Assembly (NCBI GenBank): GCA_033762915.1
Contig: JANRLD010000061.1
Coordinates: 1 to 20,551, forward strand
Direction of reading: 5' to 3'
DNA length: 20,551 nucleotides
From: Meiothermus sp.
Lineage (GTDB): Bacteria; Deinococcota; Deinococci; Deinococcales; Thermaceae
Shown here: positions 15,332 to 20,551 of the stretch, one piece after another
How positions within the stretch are numbered: position 1 is the first letter of the stretch
How the letters are laid out: every line of letters begins with the position of its first letter
Position numbers and translations under genes: made by a program
Notes under the pieces: generated by a model
Database searches by the model: none
What the model was told of the DNA's origin: nothing
The model's input: the letters and a program-made list of their open reading frames with translations, nothing else

Positions 15332-16339
15332 ATGAAGAAAAGCGTCGGAACCTTGATCGCTTCAGCTCTGTTGGTCACCGGCGGGGTGTGGGCACAGACC
15401 ACCCCCACCACCCCCACCACCCCCACCACCCCAGCCACTACCCCGGCCACCTCGATGATGACGGCAGACGCCTCGCGCTTCCAGACCTTGGCCGCGCAGA
15501 TCGAGGGGATGCGGCGGCTGCTCGAGGGCCAAGGGGCCACCGTAACCCGCGAACAGGCCCAGCAGCTCCTGCCCTACTTCCGGGCCATCCGCAGCACCGC
15601 TGCCATGACCCCCATCATGGCCGACTGGTACTCGCGCAACCTTAACGAGCGCTTCACCGCCGAGCAGCGGAGCGCCATCGGGGTCGAGGTCGCCGGCGGG
15701 GCCACACCCAGCACCGACACCAACACCCAGCAGCCCGCCACGCCCGGCACCGACACCAACCCAGCCCAGGGCGCGGCCACCCCGCCCGCAGGCGGCGGCG
15801 GCCAGGGCACCGATACCAACAATCAGGGTCAACAGGGTCAACAGGGCCAGCAGGGCCAAGGCACCGATACCAACACCCAGCCCGCCACGCCCACCACGCC
15901 GGGGACGGAAACCAACACCCAGCAGCCCGTAACCCCTGCCACGCCGGGCACCGACACCAACAATCAGGGTCAGCAAGGTCAGCAGGGTCAGCAGGGCACC
16001 GATACCAACAATCAGGGTCAGCAGGGTCAGCAAGGTCAGCAGGGCCAGGGCACCGATACCAACACCCAGCCCACTACGCCCGCCACGCCCACCACGCCGG
16101 GGACGGACACCAACCAGCAAGGCCAACAAGGCCAGACCGACACCAACCAGGGCCAGCAAGGGCAGGGCGCGGCAGGGGCCGCCACCCAGCAGCCCGCCGC
16201 CCCCACCACGCCCGGCGCTGCGGACAGGATGCAGCTCAACCTCGAGGCCGCCAATCCCTTCTCCGACGGGGCCATCGGGGAGAGCCTCGACAAGATCATC
16301 GAACGCCTGACCCAGCTTGCTCAGGGCCAAGGCCAGTAG
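15332..16339 (+). CDS. Secreted hypothetical protein with large Thr/Gln/Gly low-complexity insert
   Basis: RBS GGAGG. Sec signal ending VWA-Q. Helical domain, about 175 aa of TDTN/QQG/TP repeats, C-terminal NPF helix. Confidence 0.85.
   Translation: MKKSVGTLIASALLVTGGVWAQTTPTTPTTPTTPATTPATSMMTADASRFQTLAAQIEGMRRLLEGQGATVTREQAQQLLPYFRAIRSTAAMTPIMADWYSRNLNERFTAEQRSAIGVEVAGGATPSTDTNTQQPATPGTDTNPAQGAATPPAGGGGQGTDTNNQGQQGQQGQQGQGTDTNTQPATPTTPGTETNTQQPVTPATPGTDTNNQGQQGQQGQQGTDTNNQGQQGQQGQQGQGTDTNTQPTTPATPTTPGTDTNQQGQQGQTDTNQGQQGQGAAGAATQQPAAPTTPGAADRMQLNLEAANPFSDGAIGESLDKIIERLTQLAQGQGQ
15709..16165 (+). repeat. Intragenic modular repeat array (about 10 TDTN/TETN units with (QQG)n or PATP spacers)
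   Basis: Recurrent GGCACCGA(T/C)ACCAAC and 9-nt CAGGGTCA(A/G) units; longer duplicated blocks near 15805/15994 and 15885/16083. Confidence 0.85.
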
Positions 16340-16536
16340 AAAACGGGCGGCCCACACACCTCACCGCCTCGTTTCAAGGCTTGCGCGTTTCCAAGTGTCT
16401 CCATGATTGATCTACGGCCTGCCGCCCCGAAACCCAAGGAATAGCACCAGTGCTTGGCACCGGAGTGCTTGCAGCGGGCACAGGTTCACGGCGTTCGGCG
16501 GCCTCGTAAACACCCTGGCGCAATTTAGGAGAAGCC

Positions 16537-17034
16537 ATGAAGAAGACCGTACTTGGACTCATCGCCGCCGCCCTGCTGTCTGCGGGTGCCCTGGCACAGG
16601 GCACAGCCGCCGCCCTCGAGCCGCAGTTCGCTGGACTGGACACCAGCCTCAAGGCCGTCCAGAAGCTGGCCAACGACCCGGACAACAAGATCTCGGTGGG
16701 TCAGGCCCAGTTGCTGCTGCCCTACCTGCGCGAGGTGCGGGCCTTCAGCGCCCTCACCGCCGACGACGCAGCCTTCTACGCTCAGGCCATCCAGCGCATC
16801 CTCACACCCAGGCAGCTCGAGGTCGCAGGCCTCCGGCCCGAGCCGGCCGCCGCACCCGGCTCGGCCGGCGCCAGCGTCGAGCAGGGCGTAACCGGCGGCG
16901 GGGTGGGCGGAGGCTCGAGCACCACCCTGGCGGGCATGACCGTGGCCTCCAATCCCTTCCGCGAGGGCGACCTGGTGACCGGCCTGGACAACGCCATCCT
17001 CACCCTGACCGCCCGAACCGAGCAGAGTCCGTAG
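16537..17034 (+). CDS. Secreted hypothetical protein, short paralog of 15332-16339
   Basis: RBS AGGAG. Signal peptide ending ALA-Q. Shares QAQ.LLPY.R..R...A.T...A..Y...T..Q, EVAG and NPF..G.....LD..I..LT. Confidence 0.85.
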   Translation: MKKTVLGLIAAALLSAGALAQGTAAALEPQFAGLDTSLKAVQKLANDPDNKISVGQAQLLLPYLREVRAFSALTADDAAFYAQAIQRILTPRQLEVAGLRPEPAAAPGSAGASVEQGVTGGGVGGGSSTTLAGMTVASNPFREGDLVTGLDNAILTLTARTEQSP

Positions 17035-17053
17035 CCGCTCGGCCAAGGTGTGG

Positions 17054-17092
17054 GCACGCCCCCAAGCTGGGGGCGTGCTTTCGTTGATTTTT
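17054..17092 (+). terminator. Rho-independent terminator overlapping the next promoter
   Basis: GCACGCCCCCA-agc-TGGGGGCGTGC followed by TTTCGTTGATTTTT. TTGATT (17084)-16 nt-TACACT (17106) is a plausible sigma-A promoter. Confidence 0.75.
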
Positions 17093-17173
17093 GACCGATC
17101 TTCGCTACACTCATGGATGGCGCACAAGGGGGGAGCCGCAGACCGTCGTCCACCCCGCGAATAGGAGGCAACC

Positions 17174-18151
17174 GTGTCTGCTGGTGCGATTTCCAGTTTC
17201 CTCAAGCACAACTTCCGTCACTTCAACGCCGCCACTCTGGTGGACGCCGCCGAGGCCTACAAGGCGCACCTGGACCAGGGCGGCTACATGATGGTCACGC
17301 TGGCCGGGGCCATGAGCACCGCCGAGCTGGGTCTGTCGCTGGCCGAGATGATCCGCCGGGGCAAGGTTCAGGCCATTAGCTGCACCGGGGCCAACCTCGA
17401 GGAAGACCTCTTTAATCTGGTGGCCCACGACCACTACGAGCGCATCCCCAACTGGCGCGAGCTGACTGCCGAGGACGAGAAGCGCCTCCTCGACAAGCAC
17501 ATGAACCGCGTCACCGACACTTGCATCCCCGAGATGGAGGCCATGCGCCGCCTCGAGCAGGCCCTCCTCGACGAGTGGGAGACCGCCGACAAGGCGGGCG
17601 AGCGCTACTTCCCCCATGAGTTCTTGTATCGGATCATCCGGTCTGGGAGGCTCGAGCAGTTCTACCAGATAGACCCCAAGGATAGCTGGATGGTGGCCGC
17701 TGCCGAGAAGAACCTCCCGATGGTGGTGCCCGGGTGGGAGGACTCCACCACCGCCAACATGTACGCGGGCCACTGCCTCAACGGTCACATCAAGAACGTC
17801 CACACCGTGCGGAGCGGCATCGAGTACATGATGACACTGGCCAACTGGTACACCGAGACCAGCTCGAGGCACTCGGTCGGCTTTTTCCAGATCGGCGGTG
17901 GCATTGCCGGCGACTTCCCCATTTGCGTGGTGCCGATGCTCCACCAGGACATGCAGCGCCCCGACATCCCGGTCTGGGGCTACTTCTGCCAGATCTCCGA
18001 CTCCACCACCTCCTACGGCTCCTACTCCGGCGCGGTGCCCAACGAGAAAATCACCTGGGGCAAGCTCGAGGTCACCACCCCCAAGTTTGTCATCGAGTCC
18101 GACGCCTCCATCGTCGCGCCCCTGATGTTTGCGATGATTATGGGTGAGTAG
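17174..18151 (+). CDS. Deoxyhypusine synthase-like protein (bacterial DHS family, polyamine synthesis)
   Basis: RBS AGGAGG before GTG. Motifs LAGAMSTAELG, CTGANLEED, QIGGGI, GSYSGA.PNEKITWGK (catalytic Lys position), SDAS. Confidence 0.92.
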   Translation: MSAGAISSFLKHNFRHFNAATLVDAAEAYKAHLDQGGYMMVTLAGAMSTAELGLSLAEMIRRGKVQAISCTGANLEEDLFNLVAHDHYERIPNWRELTAEDEKRLLDKHMNRVTDTCIPEMEAMRRLEQALLDEWETADKAGERYFPHEFLYRIIRSGRLEQFYQIDPKDSWMVAAAEKNLPMVVPGWEDSTTANMYAGHCLNGHIKNVHTVRSGIEYMMTLANWYTETSSRHSVGFFQIGGGIAGDFPICVVPMLHQDMQRPDIPVWGYFCQISDSTTSYGSYSGAVPNEKITWGKLEVTTPKFVIESDASIVAPLMFAMIMGE

Positions 18152-18386
18152 GACGATCCCCTGGCCTTAAGTTGCGCCGTAATCTGCGGGGCGGAATCGG
18201 TGCTGAGGTGCCCTGGCGCAATTCCTCACCGTGTCTCGAGGCGGTGGGGCGGGCTTCCGCTGTGGAGGCACCTACAGCGGATGGCCATCTAATTTCCCAC
18301 CCACCATTCCCTCCCAATACCGCACACCGGCCGCAGACGCAATACCGCCCGGGCCTGCGGCCGGGCGGTCGGGCAACACACGTGGC

Positions 18387-19514
18387 TCAGTTCACGGTCA
18401 GGGTCAGGGTTTGCAGGGGAGCGTCGCTGGTGGCGGCCCCGATGGGGCGCAGCTCGTAGGTGATCTGGCCCCTGCCGGGGAGGCTGTCGTAGCCCCAGTT
18501 ACAGCTCGAGTCCAGCGGCAAGTCTTTGGAGCCGACAATGCGCCCGTCGGCCCGCCTGATGGTCACGTTGTACCCCTGGCCGCTGCCCGCGCCACCGAAG
18601 CGGAAGGGCTGGATCACGGTCGCGCCGTCCTGCACCACCAGGCTGAGTTCGGCGGTGCAGCTCGAGGCGGTGGTGTCGGTGGCGGTCGTGGTGGTATCGG
18701 TGGCTGCTGGGTTGGTGGCTTGGCTGGTGGTGTCGGTTGTGGCCGGGGCGCTCTCGGTTGTGGTCGTGGTGGGGGCGGGCGCGACGGGACGGTTGAGCAG
18801 CCAGGCCAGGCCACCTCCCAGCAGCAGCACCAGGGCAGCGGGCAGGAGCCAGCCCAGGCCGCCGCGCCGGTTGGCGGTCTGGCCGGCGGCTTGGGTCACG
18901 TTGCCGGCGATGGTGCTGGCCCCCCGCGCGGCCTGTCCGGCCGCCCCGGAGACGGCCTGACCGGCGGCGGCCATCCCGGCCATCCCGGCCAGGTTGCCCA
19001 TGCCCACCAGGCTGCCCAGGCTGGCGGGCAGCGCGCTGTTCACCGCGCTCTTGAGCCCACCCAGCATGCTGACCAGGCCCATCGCGTTGAGGCCCTGGGT
19101 CTTGATCTGGTTGCCCAGGGTGCCCATGATCATCGGGCCGGCAATGCTCATCAGGGTGTTGATGGAGCCGTTCTTGAATCCGGTATGGCTCGAGATGGCC
19201 CCCACCACCTCGCCCAGCTTGTTGCCGAAAAGGGTGGGGAGCAGGGTCTGGCCCATCTTGAGCAGGTTCTGCATCCCGTCGGCCTGCCCCAGCAGACCGC
19301 TGATGTTGCCCAGGCTGGCGAAGTTGCCCGCCAGGTTCATCAGGTTCTGCGCCCCGCTGGGGTTGGATGCCATGTTGATGATCGAACCCAGCTGGGTGGG
19401 GATGATCGCGTCCAGGGCCCTGGTGGTCTCACCGGTGCTGAGCCCCACCGAACTGCCGATCTTTTGCAAAACGACATCGGTGAGCTGCCCCTTAACCATG
19501 TCCATTAAATTCAT
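18387..19514 (-). CDS. DUF937-domain membrane protein with Thr-rich linker and C-terminal beta domain
   Basis: RBS GGAGG. N-terminal helical DUF937-like region (MNLMD.VK..LT......I...G; P.IMG.LG). Single TM segment WLLPAALVLLLGGGLAWLL. Cys pair in the exported domain. Confidence 0.8.
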   Translation of the reverse strand: MNLMDMVKGQLTDVVLQKIGSSVGLSTGETTRALDAIIPTQLGSIINMASNPSGAQNLMNLAGNFASLGNISGLLGQADGMQNLLKMGQTLLPTLFGNKLGEVVGAISSHTGFKNGSINTLMSIAGPMIMGTLGNQIKTQGLNAMGLVSMLGGLKSAVNSALPASLGSLVGMGNLAGMAGMAAAGQAVSGAAGQAARGASTIAGNVTQAAGQTANRRGGLGWLLPAALVLLLGGGLAWLLNRPVAPAPTTTTTESAPATTDTTSQATNPAATDTTTTATDTTASSCTAELSLVVQDGATVIQPFRFGGAGSGQGYNVTIRRADGRIVGSKDLPLDSSCNWGYDSLPGRGQITYELRPIGAATSDAPLQTLTLTVN

Positions 19515-19707
19515 AGCTTGACCTCCGCAAAGTATCGACGCACGTACGACAGGGATATTTCCCGCCTATAGTTTATCGCCCGAATGTGCCTTTATACCAC
19601 TTGCCCCCGGTCGCGATACATCCCGGTAACAGGTTTTGTAAGGCCGGGGCGGCTCGAGGTGGCTCAGACCCCAGTCCCGCGCCTGGGTTTGGGTAATATG
19701 GGGCGGT

Positions 19708-20211
19708 ATGAACCGAAACCTCATCATCGCCGCAGTCCTGGTTCTGATCCTGATCGGGGTCGGGGCCTTCCTGTTCTTCAACCAGCGCGGGGGCGGGGGA
19801 GCCGCTGCCGCCACAGCCACCGGAACCATGTGCGCCAACCAGCCTGCGGCCGCCACCGGTCTGACCGACGCCGGGGTGACCTCCCTCCGCATCGAGGACA
19901 CCAAGGAGGGCAGCGGTCCCCAGGCCATCACCTCCAACACCGTGCGGGTCAACTACATCGGTCGCCTCGTCAACGGCACCGAATTCGACGCCTCCTGCAA
20001 GGAGGGCCGCCAGCCCTTCGAGTTCACCCTGGGCGGCGGGCAGGTCATCCAGGGCTGGGACAGCGGCATCGTGGGGATGCGGGTCGGCGGCCAGCGCCGC
20101 CTGATCATCCCAGCCAACCTCGGCTACGGGGCTACCGGCTCCCCTCCCACTATCCCGGCCAACGCGGCCCTGGTATTCGACGTGGAGTTGCTGGAGATCA
20201 AGCAGCCCTAG
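19708..20211 (+). CDS. FKBP-type peptidyl-prolyl cis-trans isomerase, membrane anchored
   Basis: N-terminal TM segment. Motifs VNYIGRL.NGTEFDAS, F.LG.GQVIQGWD.GI.GM.VGG.R.LIIP..LGYG, IPANA.LVFDVELL. Confidence 0.95.
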   Translation: MNRNLIIAAVLVLILIGVGAFLFFNQRGGGGAAAATATGTMCANQPAAATGLTDAGVTSLRIEDTKEGSGPQAITSNTVRVNYIGRLVNGTEFDASCKEGRQPFEFTLGGGQVIQGWDSGIVGMRVGGQRRLIIPANLGYGATGSPPTIPANAALVFDVELLEIKQP

Positions 20212-20243
20212 GGCGCTAGCCGTCCAGCACCAAACGCCCTGTT

Positions 20244-20274
20244 GCGGCCCCCTCGAGAGCCTCGAGGGGGCTGT
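20244..20274. terminator. CTCGAG-based hairpin / terminator
   Basis: GCCCCCTCGAG-agc-CTCGAGGGGGC perfect 11-bp stem downstream of the FKBP stop. Confidence 0.6.
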
Positions 20275-20411
20275 TGTCTATTCGCCGCCGCCCACCACCT
20301 CACCATCGGTTTACCCGGCTTTACTGTTGCGCCTTATGCCAGCGCTTCTCGCCCCAACTCGGTACAAGGGTTGGCTGGGGACATCGAGGCGGAGCAGGCC
20401 CGATGTCACAA

Positions 20412-20551
20412 ATGAAGAACCCCGCCGCAAGCGGACGGGGTATCGCGCCCGCCCTACGGCCCGAACAGTCTCGGCTGCTCGATCCGGTGTAGCTGTTTGT
20501 ACTGCTGGCCCTGCTTCTTGACGTATTGCCCCACCGCCCGCTCGTTACCGT
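20412..20551 (-). mobile_element. Right end of an IS200/IS605-family (IS200-like, tnpA-terminal) element
   Basis: Minus strand after the TnpA stop reads GATACCCCGTCCGCTTGCGGCGGGGTTCTTCAT: a subterminal imperfect hairpin (20419-20441) then TTCA, the layout of IS200/IS605 right ends. Confidence 0.8.
20454..20551 (-). CDS. tnpA: IS200/IS605 Y1 transposase C-terminus (partial)
   Basis: Reads GNERAVGQYVKKQGQQYKQLHRIEQPRLFGP*, with the catalytic YxxxQ helix of HUH Y1 transposases. Confidence 0.8.
   Translation of the reverse strand, partial: GNERAVGQYVKKQGQQYKQLHRIEQPRLFGP

Noticed and set aside
15709..16165. Repeat array as CRISPR
   Set aside because: Repeats are in-frame, degenerate at third codon positions, with repetitive rather than unique spacers, and no cas genes are present.
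18231..19508. Long antisense/alternate-frame ORFs (also 5567-6823, 7901-9109, 10851-11837, 15362-16357)
   Set aside because: Shadow ORFs of GC-rich genes with no recognisable motifs.
20274..20521. Plus-strand ORFs 20274-20492 and 20327-20521
   Set aside because: They span the IS right end and are antisense to tnpA, with no coding signature.
20541..20551. CGTTACC at the window end as a fourth operator
   Set aside because: Single heptamer lying inside the tnpA coding sequence (Gly-Asn-Glu codons on the minus strand).

Overview
GC-rich bacterial chromosomal window, probably Deinococcota (Meiothermus/Calidithermus-like). This is inferred from roughly 70 copies of the palindrome CTCGAG, many leaderless promoters and the lipoprotein types. 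It is bracketed by two partial insertion sequences that the ORF track missed: an IS5-family-like transposase end at the left, which truncates an LRR gene, and an IS200/IS605 TnpA C-terminus with its right-end hairpin at the right. The left 9.4 kb is a surface-lipoprotein cluster: two tandem paralogous beta-repeat/NHL-propeller lipoproteins, a LysE exporter, an HEXXH metallopeptidase, an Ig-domain lipoprotein and an FN3-PQQ sugar dehydrogenase. Three promoters there share the architecture CGTTACC-N4-CGTTACC-N10-TAG(T/G)CT, suggesting a SARP/OmpR-type regulon. The middle holds a DDAH/amidinotransferase + RocB-like pair, a MerR-GyrI regulator with a 19-bp-spacer promoter, an Atl/MGMT-like gene, a VOC gene and a group III truncated hemoglobin. 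It also holds a second intact MerR-type promoter in front of a decayed merR remnant, and a three-way-junction structured element. The right part has two paralogous secreted split-domain proteins (one with a large TDTN/QQG repeat insert), a deoxyhypusine-synthase-like gene, a DUF937 membrane protein and an FKBP PPIase. All family calls come from motif recognition; no database searches were run.
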